DNA of 58,326 nucleotides from positions 1 to 58,326 of the IMG/VR virus record IMGVR_UViG_3300020042_010505. One strand, written 5' to 3'. A model generated the notes under the pieces. It was not told the DNA's origin and did not search any database. It was given only the letters and a program-made list of their open reading frames with translations. Position 1 is the first letter of the stretch, and each line of letters starts with the position of its first letter. Position numbers and translations under genes: made by a program. This stretch comes from a virus. Lineage: Duplodnaviria > Caudoviricetes. This document shows positions 15,724-25,799 of this stretch, piece after piece.

Positions 15724-18700
15724 ATGGCAGGACCTCTTAATTTATCAGGGTCAAATATTGAAGATACATATCAACGTGTTCTCCAAACAGATGGAACACT
15801 TATATATGATGGAACCGGATCACTTTTTACAATTTCAAGTAGCATTAATACTGGATCATTTGTAACTACATCTTCATTTAATGCATATACAGGTTCAAAT
15901 ACCTCACAATTTGCAGGTACTGCTTCATATGCTCAAACGGCTTCATATGTTCAAAATTCACAAACGGCATCATTTGTTCAAAATGCAGTAAGCTCAAGCT
16001 TTGCTTCAACGGCTTCATTTGCTAGAACCGCATCTTTTGTAAACCCGTTAACTCAAACTGTTAGAATAAGTGGCTCATTGATCCAAACAGGATCACATGC
16101 CCAAGGTTTAAGTACAACAGCAAACGGAGCCTATTCACACGCAGAAGGTTATGGTACATTAGCATCAGGATCATATTCACACGCAGAAGGTAATCTTACA
16201 ATAGCATCAGGAGACTATTCACACGCGGAAGGTGTTGGTGCAATAGCATTCGGACCATATTCACACGCAGAAGGTGCTAATACAATAGCATCAGGATATG
16301 CTTCACACGCCGGAGGCAATAGTACAATATCGTCATATAGATTATACGTTGATGACTATACAGACGCAACAGGAGATATTATACTATCAGGAGATTTAAC
16401 ACCTTATTTTGCATCTAATACTCCTATAATAATACTTGATGACGGTCTTGCTTACACTGCCACTACAAGTATCCAAGCTCTTATATACGATGCTGGTACT
16501 AATACCACCACCTTTAACCTAGATGGTTACATAAGTAGTTATGTAGGATATTTGGTATCAACAACCACAGGAAACTATTCACACGCAGAAGGTGGTAGTA
16601 CAGTAGCCTCCGGAGACTATTCACACGCAGAAGGAACAGGTACATTAGCGTCAGGATATACTTCACACGCCGAAGGTGTTAGTACAGTAGCCTCCGGATA
16701 CTATTCACACGCAGAAGGCGAGTCCACAGTAGCACAAGGAATAGCTTCACACGCCGAAGGAGCAAGTACAATTGCAACCGGAAACGATTCACACGCAGAA
16801 GGCGAGTCCACAGTAGCACAAGGAGTAGCTTCACACGCAGAAGGTCGAGGAACAATAGCATCTGGATCATATTCACACGCAGAAGGTCGAGATACAGTAG
16901 CATCAGGAGCATATCAACACGTACAAGGACAATATAATATATCTTCTTCAGCACAAAGTGCTTTTATAGTAGGCAATGGTACATCACATGCTGCAAGATC
17001 AAATCTTATTTTTGCATCCGGTTCTCAAGTACAAGTAACTGGAAGTGTTATTGCAACTGCAGGATTTACCGGATCTTTACTTGGAACCGCTACAACAGCA
17101 AGCTATGTTTTAAATGCTATAAGTTCAAGTTTTGCTACAACTGCTTCATTTGCTATATCCTCTTCAAGAGCAGTAAGTTCAAGCTTTGCTACAACAGCAT
17201 CTTATGTACAAAATGCTCAAACTGCTTCATATGTTTTAAATGCAGTAAGTTCAAGCTTTGCTTCAACAGCATCATTTGTAAGAACAGCACAAACAGCATC
17301 ATTCGTTCAAAATGCGGTAAGTGCTTCATTTGCACCAGACACAACATTCCCGTACACCGGTTCAGCAAGAATTACAGGCTCGTTAGGAGTAACCGGATCA
17401 TTCAACCAAGGATCAGCTTCATTAGCATCAGGCCTATTTTCTCATGCACAAGGATTTGCTGTAACGGCCTCAGGAATATATTCACACGCAGAAGGTTTTA
17501 ATACAAAAGCATCAGGATCATATTCACACGCAGAAGGATATTATACTGTAGCACAAGGATTATATTCACACGCAGAAGGTTATAATACAACGGCAACTGG
17601 GCTTGCTTCACACGCCGAAGGTGATAATACAACGGCAACCGGTGACGCATCACACGCAGAAGGTTTAAATGCATCATCAGTTGGGGGATACTCACACGCA
17701 GAAGGTTATAGTACAGTAGCACAAGGATTATATTCACACGCAGAAGGATATAGTACACAAGCATCTGCATTATATTCACACGCAGAAGGAGTAGCTACAT
17801 TAGCATCAGGAGTGGGTTCTCACGCAGAAGGAGGATACACATATGATAATGATGGTGAAGTAGTAGAATCCGGAGGAACAGCAAGTGGTGACGCATCACA
17901 CGCAGAAGGTCTTTATACAGTAGCGTCAGGATTGGCTTCACACGCAGAAGGTAATCAAACAACAGCAACCGGAAACTATTCACACGCCGAAGGTATTTTT
18001 ACAAGAGCATCCGGACAAGGTTCACACGCAGAAGGTTTTGGTACAACAGCCTCCGGAGACTATTCACACGCAGAAGGTTTTAATACAGTAGCATCAGGAG
18101 CATATCAACACGTACAAGGTCAATACAACCTCTCCTCCTCAGCTCAATCTGCATTTATAGTAGGTAACGGTACATCATATGCTGCAAGGTCAAACTTAAT
18201 CTTTGCTTCAGGATCACAAGTACAAGTAACTGGATCTTTAATAGTATCTGGGTCAAGTACCTTTACAAACATAGGGCCAGCAATATTTAGTGGAAGTGTT
18301 ACTTCAACTGCCGGATTTACAGGGTCAATCCAAGGTACAGCTCAAACGGCCTCATATGTTTTAAATGCAGTAAGTTCAAGCTTTGCTCAGACCGCATCAT
18401 TTTTTAGTGGAACTGTTGTAAGTGCATCATTTGCTTCAACAGCTTCATTTGCTATATCTTCATCAAGAGCTGTAAGCTCAAGCTTTGCTACAAATGCGAT
18501 AAGTGCTTCATATGCACCAAGTGCAGGTGGTGCAGCATTCCCATATACAGGATCCGCACAAATAACCGGATCATTAATAGTAACCGGATCAACTTCGATA
18601 CGAGGAACTCTAAACCAAGGATCTGCATCTTTAGCAACCGGATTATTTTCTCATGCACAAGGATTTGCTGTAACGGCCTCAGGATCATATTCACACGCAG

Positions 18701-19587
18701 AAGGACAACAAACAACAGCAAAAGGTGCATATTCACACGCAGAAGGTATTAGTACAATAACATCAGGATCATATTCACACGCAGAAGGTAGTAGTACAAC
18801 AGCACGAGGAGACTATTCACACGCAGAAGGATATAGTACAACAGCAAACGGAAACTATTCACACGCAGAAGGATATAATGCAGTAGCCTCCGGAGACTAT
18901 TCACACGCAGAAGGTGTTAGTACATCAACAACCGGATACTATTCACACGCAGAAGGATTTAATACAGTAGCAAATGGACAAGCTTCACACGCAGAAGGAA
19001 GTCAAACAACTGCTACAGGTTTTTACTCACATACTGAAGGTATATTTACTGAAGCAAATGGAGATGTCTCACATGCTGAAGGAGTTCAAACTAGAGCGAA
19101 TGGTAAAGGTTCCCATGCAGAAGGAGGTTGGTGGTATTATGATGATGGTGATTTCTTTTTTCCAGGTGGAATAGCAGCTGGAGATGCATCTCACGCAGAA
19201 GGACTTAGTACATTAGCAAGTGGAGAAGGCGCACATGCTGAAGGATATTATACAACAGCTAGTGGAAATAGCTCACACGCTGAAGGATACTACACAGTAG
19301 CAAATGGTGCTTACCAACACGTACAAGGCCAATACAACCTCTCCTCTTCAGCACAAAGTGCTTTCATAGTAGGTAATGGTACAGCAGATGCTGCAAGGTC
19401 AAACTTAATCTTTGCTTCAGGATCACAAGTGCAAATAACTGGATCTTTAAAGATAAAAGATATTTTACAACTATCTCTAAGAACAACAACTCCTACAGCT
19501 GAAGAAGGAATGATTATAGCATCAGGGTCAGCAGGATCAAGTAAAGTATATTATTACAATGGTACAAGTTGGAATGCATTATTTTAA
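15724..19587 (+). CDS. Long tail fibre/adhesin with YadA-head-like 14-aa SHAEG repeats
   Basis: Dozens of xASGxYSHAEGxxT repeats in three blocks, each capped by GAYQHVQGQYN...AFIVGNGT; TASY/F-rich stalks. Confidence 0.9.
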   Translation: MAGPLNLSGSNIEDTYQRVLQTDGTLIYDGTGSLFTISSSINTGSFVTTSSFNAYTGSNTSQFAGTASYAQTASYVQNSQTASFVQNAVSSSFASTASFARTASFVNPLTQTVRISGSLIQTGSHAQGLSTTANGAYSHAEGYGTLASGSYSHAEGNLTIASGDYSHAEGVGAIAFGPYSHAEGANTIASGYASHAGGNSTISSYRLYVDDYTDATGDIILSGDLTPYFASNTPIIILDDGLAYTATTSIQALIYDAGTNTTTFNLDGYISSYVGYLVSTTTGNYSHAEGGSTVASGDYSHAEGTGTLASGYTSHAEGVSTVASGYYSHAEGESTVAQGIASHAEGASTIATGNDSHAEGESTVAQGVASHAEGRGTIASGSYSHAEGRDTVASGAYQHVQGQYNISSSAQSAFIVGNGTSHAARSNLIFASGSQVQVTGSVIATAGFTGSLLGTATTASYVLNAISSSFATTASFAISSSRAVSSSFATTASYVQNAQTASYVLNAVSSSFASTASFVRTAQTASFVQNAVSASFAPDTTFPYTGSARITGSLGVTGSFNQGSASLASGLFSHAQGFAVTASGIYSHAEGFNTKASGSYSHAEGYYTVAQGLYSHAEGYNTTATGLASHAEGDNTTATGDASHAEGLNASSVGGYSHAEGYSTVAQGLYSHAEGYSTQASALYSHAEGVATLASGVGSHAEGGYTYDNDGEVVESGGTASGDASHAEGLYTVASGLASHAEGNQTTATGNYSHAEGIFTRASGQGSHAEGFGTTASGDYSHAEGFNTVASGAYQHVQGQYNLSSSAQSAFIVGNGTSYAARSNLIFASGSQVQVTGSLIVSGSSTFTNIGPAIFSGSVTSTAGFTGSIQGTAQTASYVLNAVSSSFAQTASFFSGTVVSASFASTASFAISSSRAVSSSFATNAISASYAPSAGGAAFPYTGSAQITGSLIVTGSTSIRGTLNQGSASLATGLFSHAQGFAVTASGSYSHAEGQQTTAKGAYSHAEGISTITSGSYSHAEGSSTTARGDYSHAEGYSTTANGNYSHAEGYNAVASGDYSHAEGVSTSTTGYYSHAEGFNTVANGQASHAEGSQTTATGFYSHTEGIFTEANGDVSHAEGVQTRANGKGSHAEGGWWYYDDGDFFFPGGIAAGDASHAEGLSTLASGEGAHAEGYYTTASGNSSHAEGYYTVANGAYQHVQGQYNLSSSAQSAFIVGNGTADAARSNLIFASGSQVQITGSLKIKDILQLSLRTTTPTAEEGMIIASGSAGSSKVYYYNGTSWNALF

Positions 19588-19716
19588 AACAAGTATGCAC
19601 TAGTATTAACAACTTACTAATCAGGTGGTACAGCAATTACAACAAGTGTAACTAGTACAGCAGATACTTTTGTAAATATGGAAGGAATATGGATAAGAAC
19701 CGCTAGACGACCATAA
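19588..19716 (+). pseudogene. Possible relic of an alternative fibre C-terminus
   Basis: In frame after the fibre stop: NKYALVLTTY*SGGTAITTSVTSTADTFVNMEGIWIRTARRP*. Confidence 0.3.
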
Positions 19717-19938
19717 ACCAATTTAATATTCAATAATCCTATATAATATTTGGGTATTTACTATAATTTTCTTATATTTTAATTTAATCAAAACATATTA
19801 AATACTTTAAAAATTTAAATTAATAATAAGAGTTAATTTTTGCATAATTTTTTATATAGTTATGTATGTATATATATCATATACCCCTATGAATTTTAAG
19901 GAATATGCGGTTATATACAATATAAATGAGTTATAAAC

Positions 19939-19947
19939 ATATTTATA
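19939..19947 (+). promoter_or_regulatory. Putative late promoter motif ATATTTATA
   Basis: Ends 3 nt before ATG 19951. Confidence 0.45.
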
Positions 19948-19950
19948 TCC

Positions 19951-20388
19951 ATGGATTTAAATAAAATATTTGGATTATTTAGTGATGAAGAACCTAAGTC
20001 TTTAAAGGAAAAATCCCAATTAATAGATGATATATTAGATTTTAAGGAACATCCTTTATTTTGGGTAGGTATGTTTAAAAAACTTATTCAAAATCATAAA
20101 TTATTTAATAAAGAAATAATTGGATTCTTCTCTATTTTAGATCAAGAATTGGATATTGATGATGTTGAACAAGCTGGGGAATTTGTAGTATACAATAAAG
20201 CTTTTTCCTGGATTGAAAAAATAGATATTAATAATAAACTTCACCAAAATTCTATTTTAAAATTTACGGATAATACTTTTCTATCATATTTAAAAAGTTC
20301 AATTTTATATTTTGAAAAGTTTGAAGAGTATGAGAAATGTGCCCATCTAAAAAACATTCAAAATATTGTAGAGAAGTTTTTAAACTAA
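19951..20388 (+). CDS. Hypothetical protein with a C-terminal UVR-like motif
   Basis: FEEYEKCAHLKNI. Confidence 0.8.
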   Translation: MDLNKIFGLFSDEEPKSLKEKSQLIDDILDFKEHPLFWVGMFKKLIQNHKLFNKEIIGFFSILDQELDIDDVEQAGEFVVYNKAFSWIEKIDINNKLHQNSILKFTDNTFLSYLKSSILYFEKFEEYEKCAHLKNIQNIVEKFLN

Positions 20389-20389
20389 A

Positions 20390-20421
20390 CTTGGAGCCCT
20401 AATTCTATATTATTATATTTA
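20390..20421 (+). promoter_or_regulatory. Host-sigma type promoter
   Basis: CTTG-N20-TATATTTA upstream of the HD/sigma operon. Confidence 0.6.
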
Positions 20422-20452
20422 AAATACGGAGAAAAAGAAAAAATAAACAGAT

Positions 20453-20650
20453 ATGAAAAATAGAGAGATTATAATGAGAAGGTTAGAGAGAGCAGAGGGG
20501 GAGATAGGAAAGATTAATGTAATGTTAAATCGAGGTGGATCAAGAGAACAGGTAGAAGAATCATTAATTGTTCTTAGAGAATCTATAGATGATGCTAAAG
20601 CATTCATTCAACAAGAACCCTTAAGTCCTGGAGAAATAAATAGGTTTTAA
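20453..20650 (+). CDS. Hypothetical helical protein
   Basis: 65-aa ORF. Confidence 0.75.
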   Translation: MKNREIIMRRLERAEGEIGKINVMLNRGGSREQVEESLIVLRESIDDAKAFIQQEPLSPGEINRF

Positions 20651-20665
20651 TTTAAATAAATAGTT

Positions 20666-21451
20666 ATGAATTTTACTGCTGAACAAATCCAAGAAAATTG
20701 GAATGAATTAATGAATTATATTGAAAAATATATTTCTGAACCTCGAAAAGAAAATCTTATCCAATTTTATAAAACATATGAAGACAGAATTATTTTAATG
20801 CCTGCTGCTCATAAAAAAGAATACCATAATTCATTCCCAGGAGGATATGTAGAACATGTTCTGCGTGTTATCCGATGTGCTATTAAACAAGCTACATTAT
20901 GGGAAGAAGAAGGTTGTGATATGTCTACTTTTACAATGGAGGAACTCGTATTTTCAGCTTTAAATCACGATTTAGGTAAAATGGGGAGTGAAAACGAAGA
21001 GTCTTATATACCTCAAACAGATAATTGGAGACGTGAAAAATTAGGAGAGGAGTATATGTTTAATACTAAAGTTCCATTTGCTTCGGTTCCCGATAGAGGT
21101 TTATTTTTACTTCAATCACACGGTATTTCATACACATTTAATGAAATGATTGCTATTCAAACCCACGATGGTTTATATGATGAAGCAAATAAAAAATACC
21201 TTCTATCATTTATGCCAGAGCAAAAACCTAGAACATCTTTACCTTTTATCCTACATCAGGCCGATTTAATGGCAGCACGCATTGAATTTGAACGTGAATG
21301 GTTACCTAAATTAAATAATAGCGTGGATGGGTCAAAGAAAAAATTTATATTAGATTCAAATAAAAAATCATTCTCAAAACCCGCAGCTCAAACAAAAGCA
21401 CTAGGTTCATTAAAAAATGAGAAACTTAAAAATTTATTAGACAACTTATGA
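20666..21451 (+). CDS. HD-domain phosphohydrolase (YhaM-like HD)
   Basis: YHNSFPGGYVEHV, NHDLGK, HDG and HQAD. Confidence 0.9.
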   Translation: MNFTAEQIQENWNELMNYIEKYISEPRKENLIQFYKTYEDRIILMPAAHKKEYHNSFPGGYVEHVLRVIRCAIKQATLWEEEGCDMSTFTMEELVFSALNHDLGKMGSENEESYIPQTDNWRREKLGEEYMFNTKVPFASVPDRGLFLLQSHGISYTFNEMIAIQTHDGLYDEANKKYLLSFMPEQKPRTSLPFILHQADLMAARIEFEREWLPKLNNSVDGSKKKFILDSNKKSFSKPAAQTKALGSLKNEKLKNLLDNL

Positions 21452-21729
21452 TAGTAGCAATAATAATTTTAGGTTTAATGGTTGTAATCTTAGGATATAC
21501 AACCTTTAATCTCCTACGTAAAAACGAAAAACAAGAAGATATTCTAACAGGGTATATGTCCTATTTAAATAAAATCTCAGAAACAATAGAATCATCAGAT
21601 AAAAAACTAAAGGAAGTTGATATCAAAGGAAGTTTCAAATCAGATGATGAGATAGGATTTTTCTTTCAACAAATTCAAAGTATTCAAACTATATTGAATT
21701 CTTTTATAATTAAAAATGTTGAAAAATAA
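21448..21729 (+). CDS. Single-TM hypothetical protein
   Basis: N-terminal TM helix; SDDEIGFFF. Confidence 0.8.
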   Translation: MIVAIIILGLMVVILGYTTFNLLRKNEKQEDILTGYMSYLNKISETIESSDKKLKEVDIKGSFKSDDEIGFFFQQIQSIQTILNSFIIKNVEK

Positions 21730-22436
21730 TGGAAGTCTTAGTTAAAAAAAAGAAAAAAGGAGTACAATATTTTACTAAAGAAACTGAGGATGCTATTATT
21801 CTTTATAATAGTACAACAGATCCTGAAATAAGAAGTAGACTTTATAATGATAAAATTCATTATGCTTTTTTTAAACTTACCGAAAATATTATCCATACAT
21901 TTAAATTTTATTACACAGAAGTAGATAATATTACAGATCTCCAGCACGAAGTAATAACATTTTTACTATCTAAAATTCATTTATTCAAACCAGAAAAAGG
22001 AGCAAAAGCATTTTCTTATTTTGGAACAATTGCTAAACGTTATTTGATTTTATCAAATCAGAAAAACTACAAAAAACGGGTTGATACTGCTCCTATTGAA
22101 ATTCTAGAAGAATCAGAAAATCACTCTTATAATCTTGATGAATCTTCATATAATGAACGTTTATCTTCTTTTATTGATCTTTATATAGAACATTGTACTC
22201 AAAATATATATGAATTATTCCCAAAAGAATACGATGCCCGAATAGCAGATGCAATTTTAGAATTATTTAGAAAAAGAGAAAATTTAGATATTTTTAATAA
22301 AAAAGCCCTTTACATCTATATTCGAGAAATAATAGATGTTAAAACCCCAAAAATTACAAAAATAGCTAATCAGCTATATGATATCTTTAAACAAAATTAT
22401 GTATTTTATTTAGAACAGGGATATACAAAGTTTTAG
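21729..22436 (+). CDS. Phage sigma factor (sigma70 region 2, T4 gp55-like late sigma)
   Basis: DLQHEVITFLLSKIHLFKPEKGAKAFSYFGTIAKRYL aligns by eye with sigma region 2.2-2.4 (DL.QE...FDPEKG..F.TY). Confidence 0.75.
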   Translation: MEVLVKKKKKGVQYFTKETEDAIILYNSTTDPEIRSRLYNDKIHYAFFKLTENIIHTFKFYYTEVDNITDLQHEVITFLLSKIHLFKPEKGAKAFSYFGTIAKRYLILSNQKNYKKRVDTAPIEILEESENHSYNLDESSYNERLSSFIDLYIEHCTQNIYELFPKEYDARIADAILELFRKRENLDIFNKKALYIYIREIIDVKTPKITKIANQLYDIFKQNYVFYLEQGYTKF

Positions 22437-22441
22437 TTTTA

Positions 22442-22450
22442 ATATTTATA
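22442..22450 (+). promoter_or_regulatory. Putative late promoter motif ATATTTATA
   Basis: In the 34-nt gap heading the baseplate operon. Confidence 0.55.
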
Positions 22451-22470
22451 ATAAACTAAACAATATATTT

Positions 22471-22806
22471 ATGTCACAATTTGATAATATAGTCTTTGGT
22501 AAAAAGAAATTTTCTGATCTTCTAGAAGAAATTTATAATAACCAACAAAAAAAAGATAAACAGGTAACATCTCTTATAAATGAATTAAAACCCTTAATAT
22601 CAGATATTGGGGACGCTACTTTAGTAGTCCCTTTGATTAAAGAATATATGGATATAAGTGTTAAGAATGATGATATCTTAATTAAAATGGCTGCACTTGC
22701 TCAACGAGCAATGCAAACACAAATGGCAGACGGTACCTTAACAATTACTGATGAAGAAAAAGATCAGCTTTTATCAGCAATGAATGAATTAAAAGGAGAT
22801 AAATAA
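22471..22806 (+). CDS. Conserved hypothetical helical protein
   Basis: 111-aa ORF. Confidence 0.85.
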   Translation: MSQFDNIVFGKKKFSDLLEEIYNNQQKKDKQVTSLINELKPLISDIGDATLVVPLIKEYMDISVKNDDILIKMAALAQRAMQTQMADGTLTITDEEKDQLLSAMNELKGDK

Positions 22807-24095
22807 TGGCTTTATCATATGGTTTATCGGCTCAAGAAGATCAAAATCGTAGTCATTTTATTAAAAATGGAAGTTTTACAATACTTCCTGTAAGAGTACA
22901 TTTTTCTTTTATAAATCTTGAGAAAATTAAAATTGATACTCCTAAATTATTTAAAAAATATGGGGGATATAACACTTTAGGAGGTATTTTATTTGATTCT
23001 TTTACAAACCCTATTCTTGTTAGTAATACATCACAAGAAGATAATTTACTTAATAATTATAATTTTGCAAAACCTTTATTTCCAAATATTCAACATATTC
23101 CTTTAATAAATGAAATAACATACGTTGTACCATTCCCCTCTACTAATACACAAAATCCTAGAAATATAGATTTAAATCAAGTAGATTATTATTATTTTCA
23201 ACCTCTTAATATGTGGAACACATTACATCAAAATGCTTTCCCAGACCCCTTAACAGATTTTAATAATGAAAATGATACCCAAACAACTAATACTACTTAC
23301 CAACAAACTCAAGCCGGAGCTTCTATCAATCAAGATGCTCCTGAATCTGAAATTAATTTAGGAAAAACATTTAAAGAAAAAGATAATATTAAATATTTAC
23401 AACCTTATGAAGGAGATATAATTTATGAAGGTAGATGGGGTCATAGTATTCGTTTTGGTTCAACAGTTCCAAATCAAAATCCATGGTCAAACATTGGTGA
23501 GAATGGAGATCCAATTTTAATTATAAGAAATGGCCAAGCACCATCAACCACAGAACCTTGGATACCAACTATTGAAGAAATAAATAAAGATTTAGGTTCA
23601 ATATATTTTGGAAGTACCCAACAATTACCCTTAGAGGCCGCCTCTACAACTTATTCAAGTTATCAAACTTCTTCTACTACACCTATTGCCCCAAATCAAT
23701 ATAGTGGTAGTCAAATTATTATAACATCTGGGAGATTAGTTTTTAATAGTTCCGAAGATCATCTTCTTTTAAGCTCAAATTCTTCTATTAATTTAAATGC
23801 TGTAAATAGCATAAATTTAGATACAGATAATGTAATTATTCAAAGTAAAAATTTATATTTAGGAAATAAAGATGCTGATGAACCCTTACTTTTAGGTAAT
23901 CAAACAGTAGATTTATTAGATACATTAATAGAAGCTTTAAAATCATTTTTATCTATATGTGAAACAGTAGTAGGAACCCCTCCAGGAATACCTTTAGCCC
24001 CTTTAAATGTTATGGCCGTTAAAATAAACGTATCATTAGAACAAATCCAAGCACAACTAAAAGATATTACCTCTAAAACTAATTTTACAAGCTAA
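22806..24095 (+). CDS. Baseplate hub/spike protein (gp5/gpV-like)
   Basis: PLINE OB-fold-type motif, PYEGDIIYEGRWGHSIRFGS, beta-helix-like C-terminus with EPLLLGNQ. Confidence 0.7.
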   Translation: MALSYGLSAQEDQNRSHFIKNGSFTILPVRVHFSFINLEKIKIDTPKLFKKYGGYNTLGGILFDSFTNPILVSNTSQEDNLLNNYNFAKPLFPNIQHIPLINEITYVVPFPSTNTQNPRNIDLNQVDYYYFQPLNMWNTLHQNAFPDPLTDFNNENDTQTTNTTYQQTQAGASINQDAPESEINLGKTFKEKDNIKYLQPYEGDIIYEGRWGHSIRFGSTVPNQNPWSNIGENGDPILIIRNGQAPSTTEPWIPTIEEINKDLGSIYFGSTQQLPLEAASTTYSSYQTSSTTPIAPNQYSGSQIIITSGRLVFNSSEDHLLLSSNSSINLNAVNSINLDTDNVIIQSKNLYLGNKDADEPLLLGNQTVDLLDTLIEALKSFLSICETVVGTPPGIPLAPLNVMAVKINVSLEQIQAQLKDITSKTNFTS

Positions 24096-25432
24096 TGAAA
24101 ATAGATGTAAATAAAGCAAAAAACATTGTGGATGGGGCTAAATCAGTTACCTCTGGATCTTCACCAAATACAACCAATACAATCCCTGGTAGTTCAAGTA
24201 TTTCTCAATCCGGATCTACTAACCTTTTAACAACTTCAAAAGCTAAAAATAAAAAAGATGGTTTATCTCTTAAAGAGTATCATGAAAAAAAACAATTAGA
24301 AGCAAAAAAAAGGAGAGAAGAATTTGACAAAGAAAAAAAAATAAGAAAAGATAAAAGAGAACAAAATAAAAAAGATAGAAAAGCTAATAAGGATGCAGCA
24401 AAAGCAACTGAAAGTAATACTCCTAAAGAGCAAAAACCTAAAGGTCCTAGTAAATTAACTCCTATTATAAATAAATTATTAAAAAAACTTCCACAAAGGA
24501 TAATTCCTATATTAACGGCTATGACCTTAAAATTCATCTCAGATGAATTAAATAAATGTCCCTCAGCAGAAACAACTCAAAAATCACTAGATGAATTAAA
24601 TAATATTATTAAAGATTTAAATAATACAGCTGCAAAAATTGATGGTTTTTCAAAAAAAATGGATCCAATTGTTGTAGGAATTAATGTTACTTTAGATATA
24701 GTAAAAACTCTAAAGAAAACACTCCCTATATTATCGGCGGCCGCAAAACCTATACCACAAGTTCCCGGAGCTATAGTAGTAGCAATAGATGATCTAGATT
24801 ATCTTGCTAATTTTTTATTATTTAACGAAGATGGATCTGAAAGAATAGCCCCAATTCTAGCGGGTATAAATGGATTATCTGTTTCTATTGCTATGTTTTC
24901 CCTTATTTTAAAACAAATATCAGGAATCATAGCAGGTATTATTCCTTTATTACAAAGATGTCTGACTAAACCAGACACCCAAGATGTTCTTTCAACTAGA
25001 TCCTTAAATATTCCTCTAACTACAAATTTAATCCCTCTTGAAAATCAAGGTGAAGAATTTTTAGATAATGAATTTTTAGATAATGAAGTTTTAGATAATG
25101 AATTTTTATTAGATAGTTTTTTAAATTCAACCCCCAACCAACCCTCTATTACACCTAATCAGTCTATAGAACCCTTTTCTGATATAGCTAAACAATATAT
25201 AGAATACGGAAGTGCTAATTATAATAATTATGAAGAAACTTCTTATAATGGATTTGATATAAAAATTGAAGAAGTTCCTTTCACATCAACTGTAATAAGA
25301 AAAAAAGCAGTTGGATATTCACCAAGTGGTATTGCTCTAATTCAAACAGAATTATCATTTACTACAAACAATCAAACATTAATATCAGAATTAAAATTAA
25401 TTATTGATAGAGATGATTTAAAAGCTTATTAA
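24095..25432 (+). CDS. Hypothetical structural-region protein
   Basis: 445 aa; Lys-rich and hydrophobic helical segments. Confidence 0.8.
   Translation: MKIDVNKAKNIVDGAKSVTSGSSPNTTNTIPGSSSISQSGSTNLLTTSKAKNKKDGLSLKEYHEKKQLEAKKRREEFDKEKKIRKDKREQNKKDRKANKDAAKATESNTPKEQKPKGPSKLTPIINKLLKKLPQRIIPILTAMTLKFISDELNKCPSAETTQKSLDELNNIIKDLNNTAAKIDGFSKKMDPIVVGINVTLDIVKTLKKTLPILSAAAKPIPQVPGAIVVAIDDLDYLANFLLFNEDGSERIAPILAGINGLSVSIAMFSLILKQISGIIAGIIPLLQRCLTKPDTQDVLSTRSLNIPLTTNLIPLENQGEEFLDNEFLDNEVLDNEFLLDSFLNSTPNQPSITPNQSIEPFSDIAKQYIEYGSANYNNYEETSYNGFDIKIEEVPFTSTVIRKKAVGYSPSGIALIQTELSFTTNNQTLISELKLIIDRDDLKAY
25055..25108 (+). repeat. 15-bp in-frame tandem repeat (EFLDN, about 3.6 copies)
   Basis: GAATTTTTAGATAAT units. 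Confidence 0.8.
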
Positions 25433-25436
25433 TTTA

Positions 25437-25445
25437 ATATTTATA
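25437..25445 (+). promoter_or_regulatory. Putative late promoter motif ATATTTATA
   Basis: In the 17-nt gap before 25450. Confidence 0.55.
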
Positions 25446-25449
25446 AACA

Positions 25450-25794
25450 ATGAAAACTAATGATTTTAAAATTTTAATAAAACAAGCGGTAAAAGAAGCT
25501 ATTCAAGAAGAATTAAAAGATATTCTTTTAGAAGCAATTCGTTCCCCTAAAACAATAGTAACTGAAACTCTTCAAAATACTTATGCACAACCTCAAATCA
25601 CTAACCCTAGAACTTTAACCCCTACAGAAAGGCGTGAAATGTTTGGTGGTATTTTAGGTGAAATGCAAAATGGAGGAACTATAACATCACAATATGCAAA
25701 TGAATTTCAACCTCAATCTGTAGATAATATCAATGGTGCTTTACCCTCAGGAGAAGTAGGATTAGATATGATAATGGGTTTAATGAATAAATAA
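25450..25794 (+). CDS. Hypothetical protein
   Basis: MKTNDFKILIKQAVKEAIQEE amphipathic N-terminus. Confidence 0.85.
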   Translation: MKTNDFKILIKQAVKEAIQEELKDILLEAIRSPKTIVTETLQNTYAQPQITNPRTLTPTERREMFGGILGEMQNGGTITSQYANEFQPQSVDNINGALPSGEVGLDMIMGLMNK

Positions 25795-25799
25795 CAATA

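Noticed and set aside
15724-19587. Diversity-generating retroelement acting on the fibre
   Set aside because: No reverse transcriptase in the window, and the repeats are in-frame coding units without an adenine-specific TR/VR pattern.
25055-25108. EFLDN tandem repeat as a functional element
   Set aside because: A short in-frame slippage expansion in a probable linker, with no further support.
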